A DNA stretch of 63,460 nt, counting the filler. It is 8 parts of 8 records of this genome, joined end to end, with 100 filler letters (N's around TTAATTAATTAA, not from the genome) between each part and the next. Parts side by side here need not be neighbours in the genome. Positions count along the whole stretch, not along the records: positions 41,348 to 49,090 come from SRR7504441_3562; positions 49,191 to 56,031 come from SRR7504441_3566; positions 56,132 to 60,151 come from SRR7504441_3568; positions 60,252 to 63,460 come from SRR7504441_3593; 4 more parts are not named here. One strand, 5' to 3'. A program made the position numbers and the translations under genes. Position 1 is the first letter of the stretch. Every line of letters begins with the position of its first letter. A model generated the notes under the pieces. It had not been told where the DNA came from, searched no databases, and worked only from the letters and a program-made list of their open reading frames with translations. Below are positions 48,905 through 61,012 of this stretch, in pieces.

Positions 48905-49090
48905 ATGCTGGAGGCTCGGATCGCGCAGGGCTCGCTGCTCAAGAAACTGATCGAGGCGGTCAAAGACCTCGTGACCGAGGCCAACTTTGACTGCAACGCC
49001 GAGGGGATCACCGTGCAGGCGATGGACTCGTCGCATGTGTCGCTGGTCGGCATCCAGATGAAGGCCGACGGGTTCGAGCACTACCGATGC
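48905..49090 (+). CDS. PCNA: Proliferating cell nuclear antigen, 5' part
   Basis: [30 protein letters not shown]...[11 protein letters not shown]...FEHYRC. Probable 5'UTR intron at 48707-48893. Confidence 0.95.
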
Positions 49091-49190
49091 NNNNNNNNNN
49101 NNNNNNNNNNNNNNNNNNNNNNNNNNNNNNNNNNTTAATTAATTAANNNNNNNNNNNNNNNNNNNNNNNNNNNNNNNNNNNNNNNNNNNN

Positions 49191-50607
49191 GTGGACAAAG
49201 CGCCCGAGGGGGTACTTTCAGTGGCCTGTGGGCTGTACCACGCGGCGTGCTGCACCTCCAGCGGCGAGGTGGCTCTCTGGCTTGGCTTGCCCGATTGGCC
49301 GCAGATGTGGAGCTGGGGCGCCGGCAACTTTGGCCAGCTGGCAGACGGATTGGGCGCGATGCGGTGAGCTGAGGCCAGCCGGGAATGAGCCCAGCACAGC
49401 ACTACTCCGGGCCGTGTGGATCTCCCGGACGGAGTGCAGGCGAGTGCGGTCCGGTGCGGCTCTGCACACACGCTCATGCTCGACAGTGCGCACAAGGTGA
49501 GCTCACTATTCAGGCCCAGCAGAGAGCCTATCCAGGTATGGGCATCTGGATACGGCGGGGATGGCCAGCTCGGGCTGCGCAGCCGGGAGAGCCGCAAGCA
49601 GCTCTGCAACGTGTCTTCGCTCAACAGCTTTGAAGTGCTCCACCTCGAGGCAGGCTGGCGGCACTCGGCTGCAATATGCGCCGGTGGGTCGCGGGCCGGC
49701 TCGTTCACCCAGCCGGCAGGCGGCGAGCTGTTCAGCTGGGGCTGGGGCAGCGAAGGCCAGCTCGGCCATTCCTACCCAAACGACGCGCTCTCTCCAGGGC
49801 AGGCGGGCGGGTGTGAGGCTCTTGCTAACAGCGGGCCAGGTGCTCAGTTTGGGAGGCCCAGCGGTGCGAGTTGGCTGTGGGACCGACCACACAGCGTGTG
49901 TGGTCCGGCTCACCGATTCTCAAGTGGCCGGGATCGCACTGCCAGCCTGCCCCGAGCCAGACGTGAGCTGTTTGAGCGAGCTGCAGATGGCTGCCACATC
50001 GATTCAGGGCGCAGCTGCAGAGGCGGCACAGGACAAGTGTGAGCTTGCCAGCACGGGCACCGGCCAGCGGCGCGGGCTGTCCCAGCAGCGCAAGGAGAAG
50101 CAAGCGCTGTTGGACGAGCTCTGGGCTCTGCAGGAAAAGAAGCTCGTTTGCACGGAGCTCGAGCTCAGAATGAGGCGGGCCGTGGCTGAGGCGCATCGAG
50201 CGTGGATACAGCTGAACGAGACCAGTGTGGACGAGGTGGGTAAGCGGCTGTCAGCTGGCGAAGGAATGTCGGACTTATCTGTGGTGGTGCAAGTTGCCCG
50301 GCAAGCGGTGGACGAGGTGGTGATTCAGTTCAAGCAGACAATGATGGCTGGAGACAACGCTGCGCTGGTGGCGACGGAGATCCATTCGGATCCGGAAGTG
50401 GCCTCTGCGGTGGCGGACTTCGTTCGGATGCTCGTAGAGATCATCGAGGACAATGGCGAGATGCGCAAGCGGGTGTATGGGTACACCGAAGCCTTGCAGC
50501 GAGACACGATTGAGAAGGCCAAACAATTTGAGGCAACGATGGCCATTGCTGAGGAGCCGAGTGAGATTGAACGGTTTGGAATGAAATTCGCAGCAATTTT
50601 TGATTGA
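49191..50607 (+). CDS. RCC1-repeat protein with C-terminal helical region, 5' truncated
   Basis: VACGLYHAAC, WSWGAGNFGQL, GYGGDGQLG, LEAGWRHSAA, FSWGWGSEGQLGH and VGCGTDHTA. Confidence 0.8.
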
Positions 50608-50914
50608 GTTCCCAAGATGCACATGGACATTTTGTGGGGCCATGGAGGGTCGTGCGCCAAAGGCCCAAGACAGAGACCACTCACTCTTAGTGCAACCTTG
50701 CAATTGTACTACAATGCTTGCAGGTTTAACAATTGTTTATCCTTGGAAGCTAAACTAGTTATCAACTTTGATGGGTCTAGCCGAGAGAGAGAATACATGT
50801 ACATTTATTAGTAGCCGACACCTAATCATGAATGCACACTCGTAGATTCGAAATTTTGAATTCCATACGTACAGTACGGGTTAGCTAGCCGCCAGCATTA
50901 GCCATCAACGCAGG

Positions 50915-51693
50915 CTATCCCTTGTAGACCAACGAGAAAATCACAAACCCGAGCCCGGTGAAGAACCCGAGATAGCCTGCGTGCAGATTGGCAACGGTTC
51001 AGCCAAGGGCAGGCACCGGTCATGATGATTGTCCAAAAGAATGTGATGTTCCCCGCCGCAATGCAACGACCAAACACGCCGCAGTGATGGTCGAAACCGG
51101 TGACACACCGTTGACAGGTCCGGCAGTGGTGGTTCCCGCCGGTCTCCCACCCTCTCACGTTCTTGGCGTTCTGCGGTATTGGCCGCCAGACGAGGCAGCG
51201 CACGCAAAAGTCGCGGCCGTCGGGGCCTTTGATGTTGGAATGCAGCGGCCCACCAGGCTGGCCTTCCTCAAACCAGCGGATCACCTGCCCGACCTCAGGC
51301 GGTTTGATGGTTCGCCACCTCGCTAGGCAGTGGGAAACAGTTCTCCTGGCTGCGCCGGATCTCCCCGGGGTCTCCCAACAGAATGTAGAGCAGACAGAAT
51401 AGCGCCAGCGCCACCTCGCTGTGCAGCAGCACCACGTAGGCCCAGAAGGCCCCGTCCGGCAGCTCGCCCACCCCGCCCAGAATGATCCCATCCGACACGC
51501 CTACGATTATTGAGATGATCGTCAGGACCACGCACACCCCTCCGCAGGCCTCCGACCCATGGCCAGCGCCCCTGGCCGGCAGCGGACAGCGGGTTTGGAG
51601 CTCGGCCAGGTCGCGTGGGGCACGAATCTCCTGGTCCACGCTCACCGCCTCCAGCGGCACCGCCGCCGGAGCTGCCGCGCGCCGCCCCTTCAT
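50915..51693 (-). CDS. DHHC palmitoyltransferase
   Basis: TM segments and a DPG motif, then [10 protein letters not shown]...[24 protein letters not shown]. Two short introns. Confidence 0.9.
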
Positions 51694-51890
51694 GAATGCG
51701 ATCGGAGCGGGCAGCGGGCGGGTCGCCGGTCCAGATAACAACGACAACCAACGACCTGCTTTTATAATTTTTATTCTATCGGTTGATCTATCTGTTGAGA
51801 ATTTGTGCACGAGCTCAAGAGTCATGAAGAAAGTCTCGATGTTTTGTTTTGGACAAGCAGAGCTGTTAAACATATTTCTCATGAAGCGTA

Positions 51891-53459
51891 TCAAAATCTG
51901 CTCCGTGGCGTCTCACGCTCAGCCGGGGCAAAACTGGTGCTGGCCCGTGGCGTACTCTCCATGTACATTGCCGACCCAACCTCAGGGGGGCGATACGTGT
52001 CGCTACTATTGCTCGATCGCCTGGCCTCACAATCAGCCCCAGACAGCACCGGGCCTCCGCACTCAGTCAGAGGCTCCTCAGCGTGGCACAGGTCGTGGCT
52101 GTTGCTGGCCGGTGTCCAGTCCTTCAGGTCTTTGGGGGTGAAGAAGCCCTTATGCTCTCTGTCCAGCTCACAATATACCTGAGTCGCCACAGACGCGGTC
52201 AGCACGGACCAAGCTACACTCACACCTGTCTGAGCATATTTAAAACCTTCCTATCACACGCCCGCATAGCGCGCAGCTGGTACTCCAGAAACGCCCCGTA
52301 ATCAATCGCCTGCAGCAGCTCAGCCCGGCCCGGCCGCTGGAGCCACCCCGTCCTCTGGAGGGCTGCTCTGCAGATGCTCTTCACTCTCACTAGTGGATAG
52401 CGCCTCAGCCAGGAAGGTACTCGCGCGGCTGCTTTGGTTTTGGCGGGCCGCAGTGAGCTTCTGCATCCGCCACAGGTCCTGGCCGGATATGGACGACTGC
52501 GCCAGTTCGTTCCGGCTCTGCACGCGCGCATAGTGCTGGGTCACAATGTCGGCTACAGTGGCACACACCGCCGCGAATAGAGGGATCCCTGCCCGGCCGG
52601 CTGAGCCGCATGCCTGACCAACCGGGCACCTATCCAGATCCAGAAGGTGCAGAGCAGAAGAGGGTACTCCTCCGCTTTGGGCGAGCCTTGTGCCGCAGTG
52701 GACATTGAGGTGACAGCAAACATGAGCGCCCACAGGAAAGATTCGCAAAAGTCGCCCTCGGGCGTGTGGCACTTGAGCATATTCCCGTCCTCCGAACCGG
52801 CCTTTGTGTACCTGCCCCGGCGCTCGCCCGGCGGCTCGGCTCGCGTGCACCGGAACAGCAGCGCGCCGAAGAATGTCCAGAGCACCCAGCCGCCTATCAA
52901 CATCACGCGGCCCTTCCGCCGGCGCCAGAAGAAGGTGAACCGGTGCCAGCCAAGCTGCTTCCGGAGCTCCTTCTCCCGATCCGAGCTCACCAGCTGGAAA
53001 GTGTCCAGCCGGCTATCCCTCATCTCCACCACAAACTGAAACAGCATCACCAGCGCCTGCCCCCCCGGCTCAGCACCGGACGGCCGAGGGGGTGGGCACC
53101 GCCGCGATGAAGCTCGAGCCGATGATCACAAACACGATGGTGAAGAGGAACGACCCAGAATGGGTCAGATGGTTTTCCCCGTACCCCACGCCCAGACCCA
53201 CATTCACTGCGAAGAAGAGCGCCAGCCACCATGGCCAGCCCTCCGCCAGCGAGTAGAAGAGGGTGCCGATCGAGAGCCAGACCACCACGGTGAGCGCGAG
53301 CCCGGCCCTCAGCCGGAATTTGGCCTGGAGCTTGCGCTGCTTCTTGGCGGCGTGGTTCAGGATCTCAGAGATGGTGTGCGGGTGGTCCGCCTCGCTCACC
53401 TCGGGGTCGTACTGCGCCCCGAGCAGCCCGATCCCCATGTCCTGCGCCACCTCGTCCAT
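51891..53459 (-). CDS. Tandem-pore K+ channel (TPK/K2P-like) with C-terminal EF-hand
   Basis: IGTLFYSLAEGW...FFAVNVGLGVGYG (pore 1), FAVTSMSTAAQG (pore 2), and the EF-hand-like LDREHKGFFTPKDL. Multi-exon. Confidence 0.7.
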
Positions 53460-53721
53460 CTCGCCCGATGTGCTCCCTCGTGCGAGACCTCAAGCTACCA
53501 GGGGCTGCCTCCACAGCCCTTGCACTGCAGCCACAGCCCTGCCGTTTTTCACTCAAATCAAAAGTAAAATTAGAACAGGATTCGAAGAAGATCAACCGAG
53601 GCCCCAGGCAGGTGGTGCGGCCCCGGGCCGGCCGGCTTGCTTACTGGGGACGGGCAGAGGCGAACAGCAAGGCACTTCCAAGGCCCTTTCGCGCACCTCG
53701 GGACGCCGCGGCAGGCCGAGG

Positions 53722-55103
53722 ATGAATCTTTCGCGGGCCAAGGCGGCGAGCGTGGGCCAGGCGCCAGTAGAGAAACCGAGCACGAGCCGTTTGCCGCAGG
53801 TGCGCGCCCGGCGGTGGGGCCGGCCGATGCGGGCGGGGCTAGTTTGAAGACTATGTGGAGAAGCGGGACTACCAGGGGGCGCTGGCGGTGCTGGAGTTCC
53901 AACGGCTCGCAGGGGAGGGCGACCAAGTGAGCACGCTCCAATGGATCGGGTACTGCGCGTTCCATCTGGGGGAGCACGGCAAGGCGATGAAAGTATATCA
54001 GGAGCTGCTCGCGATGACCGATGCCGACCCGTTGGACCACATCTACTTGGGCTGCTGCATGTTTTACCTGGGGATGTACGCGGAGGCCGAGGAGGAGGTG
54101 CTCAAGGGCCCCCAGGTCCCGCTCCAGACCCGGCTGCTCTTTCACCTGGCACACAAGCTCAACGACGAGGATAAGCTGATGAAGCACCATGGCAAGCTCA
54201 AGACCTGCGTCGAAGACCAGCTCTCCTTGGCCTCGATCCACTACCTCCGAAGCCACTTCCAAGGTGCGGCCTCAGCCGGCCGGCTTACTTACTGGGACTG
54301 GCTGCAGAGGCGACCGATATATACAAGCGCGTGCTGCTCGAGGAGAACCGGGATTACTTGGCGCTGAACGTGTACGTGGCGCTGTGTTACTACAAGCTGG
54401 ACTACTATGATGTCTCTCTCGAGGTGCTGCAGGTCTACCTGCAAGCCCACCCGGACTCCGTGGTCGCGGTCAACCTTAAGGCCTGCAACATCTTCCGTCT
54501 GTACAACGGCCAGGTGGTCCGTGGCGCCTGCGGAGCTAATCGGGCGCAGGCGGCCGAGGCCGAGATGAAGGTGCTGCTAGAGAAGACCGGCACCAAGGAA
54601 TACACCAACGACATCGTGAAGCACAACCTGGTCGTGTTCAGGGATGGTGAGGGTGCGCTCCAGACGCTTCCGCCGCTCGTGGACGTTGTGGTCGAGGCGC
54701 GGCTCAATCTGGTGATATACTACCTACGCCAAGACGAGATCGAAGAGGCGTACAACCTGATCAAGGACCTTGAGCCCAGTTGCTGCAGCTGATCGCTAAC
54801 GATTGCTACCTCAAGGTGCCACCAAGATTGCTCGCGTTGTGAGCGCTTGTCTTGCAGGGCTCGTTCTTCTATTCGGCTAAGGCCTTTGATGTGCTAGAGC
54901 GCCTAGACCCCAATCCGGAGTACTGGGAAGGGAAGCGAGGGGCCTGCGTGGGCCTGTTCCAAGCAGTTGTCGCAGGCAAAGCGGATGATGAGCATTTGCG
55001 CGATATCGTCTCCATGCTGCGCAACACGAATAATCCGCAGGTGGAGTACATCATCCGTACGATCAAGAAGTGGGCGCGAGAGAACTCAGTCAAGCTCCAG
55101 TAG
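53722..55103 (+). CDS. IFT56: Intraflagellar transport protein IFT56/TTC26/DYF-13 with internal deletion and frameshift (pseudogene or misassembly)
   Basis: [59 protein letters not shown] and [27 protein letters not shown]. The sequence jumps from KDLEP to [10 protein letters not shown] out of frame at about 54777. Confidence 0.9.
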
Positions 55104-55431
55104 TTATTGGCGTGTCGTGCTCAACCAGGACCATGCGCGCTAGACGTGTAACTTTCAATTGTACGATATCTTCTAACTCGAGCGGAGCCCTCTACTAGGT
55201 ACCCGGGTGATTAAACAAATTGAACTCCCCAACAATATCTACATGTATCTAGTACGTGGACCTAAGAGCAAGCCTTGCTCGCTCAGAGGTCTCCAGGGGT
55301 CCGTCTCATGATCAGTCTACCGTCAGCTGACCGTACTTGTATCTGATTCGGACAGACCTCAAGTCTGCCCGCCTCACACTGACAGCGGACACTGGCACGG
55401 GAGAGCGTGGCGCGAGCAGTTTCCTGAGGGA

Positions 55432-56031
55432 ATGTCCGGCGCAACCAGCTTCCTGGCGGGGTTGCCCCAGGGTCGGGTGCACGGGCTGCCCGATTGGATA
55501 GACGAGAAGCGCCAAGCCGGGGCCACGGCCCAGCCAGTCCCGCCGCTCGGCTCGTGGGCCCGCAACGCGCTCCTGCTGCGGCACTTGCTCTACTCGCCCA
55601 ACTTGGTCTGGCTGAGCATCGCCGCGGGGGTGTACCTGCTCTTTCCGTATGACTTCGAAGCGGCCCGCGAGTGGCGGCTCGGCTGGGTACTCCGGCGCGT
55701 CGGGATCAACCTGGCTGTGATGCTGGCCTACTACAGCTACTTTGAGACCAGCCTGTACTGGCTCGGCTGGAGCCAGCGCAAGTTCGCCCCGCAGCTGTGG
55801 CCATCCAACGGCAAGATCCTGCACAACCTGGGCTGGAGTCTGCTAGGGACCCTGCAGTATTGCGCCTGGGAGATCGTGTTCATCCGGCTCTACGCCACGG
55901 GCCAACTGGCCTATGTCCCGGACGCCGAAGCCTTCAGCAGTCTGCCCAATATGCTCGTGCTGCTAGCCTGGGTCGGGCTGATTCCGTTATGGCGAGGGTT
56001 TCACTTTTACTTTGCGCATCGGCTGATCCAT
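55432..56031 (+). CDS. Fatty acid hydroxylase/sterol desaturase family protein, 3' truncated
   Basis: Several TM segments ending in the first His box FHFYFAHRLIH at the contig end. Confidence 0.75.
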
Positions 56032-56206
56032 NNNNNNNNNNNNNNNNNNNNNNNNNNNNNNNNNNNNNNNNNNNNTTAATTAATTAANNNNNNNNNNNNN
56101 NNNNNNNNNNNNNNNNNNNNNNNNNNNNNNNCGAGGGTAAAGGCGGACATAGCTAGTCAGTAACCCTACTGCTACATGTACACGAGCTCCGAAATTTTAA
56201 ATATTT

Positions 56207-59200
56207 TTATGGTAAATCTTTGACCTTATTTTCAAACCAATCTATATCCAAGGGCTTGGTAGTGACTCCTTGCATTCCAGCTTTGAGGCAGACCGCCTCC
56301 GTGTCGGCGTCAACACTTGCAGTGAGCCCATAAATGGGCGTGATGTGCATGCGACTTTGCCTCGCCTCCCACGCCCTAAACTCAGTGACCACATCTGCAC
56401 CAGAAATTGCCCCCATATTGAAGTCGCATAAAACTAACTTATACTGGCACTGTTTCAGAGCCTTGAGCCCTAAAACACGGTACAACTCAGAATTAAAACA
56501 CAAGAATGAGCCACACCTTCCTCTGCCCCACAACCCTCATCCACTTTGAAACCTTCGGCACGAAGGAGCATTGCAGTCAACTTGAGCACAGTAAGGGTGT
56601 CGTCAATGATCAAGATGCGCTCGATTTTGCATGTCTCAGGTACTACCTCGGGTACTACCTCGGCTTCTGCCTTGGGTGTTGCATCGGTTTCTGTCTCGGC
56701 TTCAGTCTCGGATGCTGCCTCGGGTGCTGCCTCAACTTCTGCCTTGTGTGGATTGTGATGTGGTGCAACTGGTCCATCAGTGTGAGCTGGAATCAAGGGA
56801 AAGCTGAACCAAAAGACAGAACCAGGGCCGTTAGGATTATCATGCATCCCACACTGGCCACCAATAGATTCACACTGTGCCTTGACCACAAAGAGCCCAA
56901 GGCCAGAGCTCTGAGCATTCGACACAAACGGCTCCCATATCTTGGCTTGTTGACCTGGTGGCACGCCCTCTCCAGTGTCTGTGACTGAACATAGCACGAA
57001 TTGGTGGCGGTCCAAGGTCACAGTCAGGTCAATATTTCCATCAGATGTGTGCCTGCATGCATTGCTCAATAGATTAACAAGACTTCGTACAACAACACTT
57101 CGGTTGCACACGATTTGATCAGATTTCAACAGGCTATCGTCGACTTTAGATGACATGACTGTTGAAGGGGTGGCTGCGTGCGATGTGCATGCCAGTGCTT
57201 CGGAGGTTAGTTGTGCCAGAGATACCACGTCTTCACATCGCACTTTGACATCACCCTTGTCCAGGTACCGCGCTGCGAGCATCATCGTGTCCAGGAAATT
57301 GAATGCAACCTTCAGGGCCGAATCCATTTGGTCAAGTATTGAAGTGGATGGGAGCTGACGCTGAGAAACTAAGCTCCGTAAAACTGAGGACCCGCTCTTC
57401 AGTGCAGCAATAGGTGTCCTCAAATCATGCGCGGTTGAATAGACAACCTGATGATAGGCTGCAGCTTGTTTGCGTAAATCAGCAGCTCGCGCCGCGTGAA
57501 GCCCCACACTTTTGAGCAGTAAAACAGCTCCACCCAACAAGGTTGCTCCGCCAGAAATGAAGAGGTCGAAAGCCATGTTCGGGGAACAAAGTGTCACGAG
57601 AGCATTAAGGGAGAGCGTGACAGCCAGATATTCGGATGCTGATGTGCAGGCCGCCGCTGCAAAGAAAGGATTTCCAACGCAAACAGGAATAAACTCCATC
57701 TGAGCAATGTAGCCCAAAGCACCCAGAGCGGCACGGGACGGGAGGAGAAGGAAGCTTGCTAGCCGCACAAACATCATATAACCCTTGTAGCTTGGGGGCA
57801 TTAGCAGTAGCACCACAAAAAATGCGAATGGGATGGGCACAGTGCCCCAGTCGTCTCGCAGTATGCGGTAAATCACATTCGTTGGGAAGTACACGACTCC
57901 GCCCCACCACATTGCCAAAGTCGACAGTTGCTGATGATCAGACATAGCACTCGCTTGATGAACTCGACCAAGCTTAGCACCAGTCTGGGTGGATCTGATC
58001 AAACAGTAAGCAGAGCCAAGAACAAACATAGCCCCAAGCACCAGCCTTGCAGTGGCTTGATGCTCCTGCAATGTGCGCCAGAGCTCTCCAGGTCTCTGCC
58101 GTTCGTGAAGGATTAGTGCCAATGCTGCTACTGGGACCGAAGCGACCGTTAATGCTATGTAGAGCCCAGTTGAGTGCTGGGGCGCAGGCTGGCCATCCGG
58201 ATCTGGCTCAGACCGCTTGCATAGCCACACGCACTTGCTGACCATCGCGATTGCGCCGGCAAAGGTTGCTGAGACAGCAGTGATTGTTAAAAGATTACCT
58301 GCAGGGTTTGCGTGCGACCAGAACAGCACCACTGCGTTGAGCGAGAGCGTGACGGTCAGGTACTCCGATGCTGATGTGCAAACTGCTGCAGCAAAAACAG
58401 GACCCCCGATACAAGCAGGAATGAGGTCCACCTGAGACACATAGCCCAGCACACCTAGAGCAGTACGGCACGGGAGAAGAACCAGACTTGCTAGCCGCAG
58501 GAGCAAAACGTAAGTCTTGTAGCTCGGGCTTGTTATGAGCACAGCTATCCAAAATGCGACAGTGGCAGCAGCACCGATCCAGTCGCCTTGCAGTACGTGG
58601 TATGTGCTGCTCACTGGCAAGACAATCAGCGCCAGCCACCACACAACTGTAACAATAAACTGTTCGTGCCAGGCTTGGCGTTCTACCAGATGTGCCGCCG
58701 GGCCAGCCAGCGACTCCAGTACCATGTCTAGCAGCTGGAACCGGATGTTGCATACGAATATCACCAAGCCGACCGCGCACATACCGATGGAGTACGCAAT
58801 AGGCGACATCCGGGAGGGTCTGCGCCCATCCTTCTCTAGTGCCCGCAGCTGTCTGGTCACAGTCACGATTTTGGCATCAATCTGCGCACGCTGGAGCTCG
58901 AGATCGCGCAGCTGGGCCTCGAGCTGATCACTGGAGGGGCAGCTAGCCTCGAAGACCGATCGGTCCATCAGGGCTGCTTCGTCGTCAAAGCTGCCGGTCC
59001 CGGTTTGAACAGCCGACACCTCCAGTAAAATCTCGTGATCGGCCTGGATTCTTCGGACCATCCCACGCCAGTGCTCCAGGATTTGCTCGAGCTGCGGGTC
59101 ATCCGCAACTGCCGAGTGCTCCGTCTCTTCCTGGCGAGGCTTGAAGCCAACTGCGGCTACCACGACGATCCGCCCGGTCACGTTGCACGGCAAACCCGCC

Positions 59201-59754
59201 CTCGAACGATCAGGCGCCGCAAGGCACTCGTCCCGGCCGCCTGGCGCGCACCAGCGGAACCCTGGATCCAGCATCTGGACCGCTGGACGCACGTCGGTTC
59301 GGAGTCCAGCCCGCTCCAGCAGCTCCGGGTCCGTCTGTCTCATCAGCTTCTCCACGATCTGACCGGTCGTGTTGTGTGCGTGCTGTGACCTCCAGTGCGG
59401 CAGGTTCGCCTGGTTGCACCGGCCAGGCTGCGGTATCAGGCTCGCGGACCACCACCACCTGTCAGCGTACTCGCCCGTTCCAGGGGGCACCAGCTGCTTT
59501 AGCGCTTCGCAGGCGGCCCCCGGTTCGGCGGCTGGGTCCGGGGTAGCGAAGGTGATCTGCACTATCCCGCTCCTGTGAGTGCCCTGCCCAGCCGACGAGC
59601 CGAGCAGCTGATGGGTCGCCGAACCGGTGTACTCGTCCCCCTGCTGGCCGCCCGTGGCACGGCCCAGAACCGACAAGGCGCCCACACACAGCACCCACGA
59701 GCAGCAGCCCCTCCGAAGACCACCCATCGCACTTACCTGGCGGGCATTCACCAT
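56207..59754 (-). CDS. Multi-TM hybrid histidine kinase with receiver domain
   Basis: H-box HDLRTP, N-box NLLSNA, DTGEG and GLGL. Receiver IDD...LCDFNM...GLTA...TKP is split by an intron near 56470-56516. The start could be 59754 or 59727. Confidence 0.9.
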
Positions 59755-60106
59755 TGGAGGCAGCGACCTGAAGGTCCTGCAGCCATGATTTGTCCGGTAT
59801 TTGACGGATCCGTTGATTTGTAGTCCACACGTGTGGACTTGCCGATACTTGACTTACTTGTGGCCACAATCTGATTAACACTCCGCTATTTTGAGCAAAT
59901 CTAGGCCACGGATTTACTAGCAATATATCTTGATTATAAGGTCAGGTCACCCTTGATTATAGTATGATTATTGGGTCCGTTGGTTTAAAAATAAGATGGT
60001 CGGACCCGTCTATGGTCGGACTGAGTTCATTAATTTTATTCATTGAGACAATCATTCTACTGTACTAGTACGGTAGGTTTACATGACGGTAGATTGCTTC
60101 GATCGA

Positions 60107-60151
60107 TCACCTCTTACCCTTACCTTTGCCGCCTTTGCCGCCTTTGCCACC
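60107..60151 (-). CDS. 3' end of a gene with a GGK-repeat tail (GGKGGKGGKGKGKR*)
   Basis: The (cctttgccg)n repeat at the contig end reads as Gly/Lys codons followed by TGA. Confidence 0.4.
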   Translation of the reverse strand, partial: GGKGGKGGKGKGKR

Positions 60152-60311
60152 NNNNNNNNNNNNNNNNNNNNNNNNNNNNNNNNNNNNNNNNNNNNTTAAT
60201 TAATTAANNNNNNNNNNNNNNNNNNNNNNNNNNNNNNNNNNNNNNNNNNNNAGGTCCAGCGCCGGGCCGGTGTCCCCACTCATCATCATCCACTCAAACG
60301 GCTGCACCGTC

Positions 60312-60705
60312 ATGGTGAAAGGTGAAAGGACAAAGGTTGAGCTGGTGGCATGTGGGGATCCGGGGCTGGTGCCTGGTGCTGAGCGCCGTGGAGCTGCCCG
60401 AAATCTACGCCGTGCTCTCCGGCCAGGGCCAGTCTACGCTCACTGGATTCCAGCAGGGCCTCCGCGAGTGCCGCTCCGTCCGGCGGCTGTGGGCGCTGAT
60501 GCTGGTGCTGCTGGTGGTGTCTCGGCTGCATCTGGCCGCTCGGGTGACCGACCGGGCCGCGGCGGTGCAGGCGGCGGTCGTGCACCTGGCCGAGGCGGCC
60601 TACCTGGTGCCCGAGCATGTGTGGTACGGGCATGGGGACCGAGCGATCGCCGGGGCCATTGCGTTGAATGCTGGGCTGTTCCTGGCGCACGCACTCCGAG
60701 CCTGA
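60312..60705 (+). CDS. Small multi-TM protein, loosely Erg28-like
   Basis: GIRGWCLVLSAVE...RRLWALMLVLLVVSRLHLA...HLAEAAYLVPE. The pattern resembles Erg28 only weakly, and the start is uncertain. Confidence 0.35.
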
Positions 60706-61012
60706 TCTGCAGCCTTATCGCCGTCGCATGAGTACGGGTTTAGCTTCCCGTGACTACAGCAGTAGGCCCACTTACTCGTATGATGGTCACATAGCTCATG
60801 ATGTTGTACGTACGTTGAATACTACAGGTACCTACTGAGTACTCGTACTCGTATGATAATCGTACGAGTACGATTGTATCAACACCGAATGGCAATATGA
60901 GACAAATACCATGCAGTAGTATTTACCAGTACGGCGTGACGCTTAAAAACTACAGTGCATGAGCTCTAGACCGAGTCTAGACCACACACCCGAGGTCGCA
61001 CTGTACTCGTAC

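Noticed and set aside
25325-49839. Short introns as an introner transposon family
   Set aside because: No shared internal sequence or terminal inverted repeats were seen among the introns by eye.
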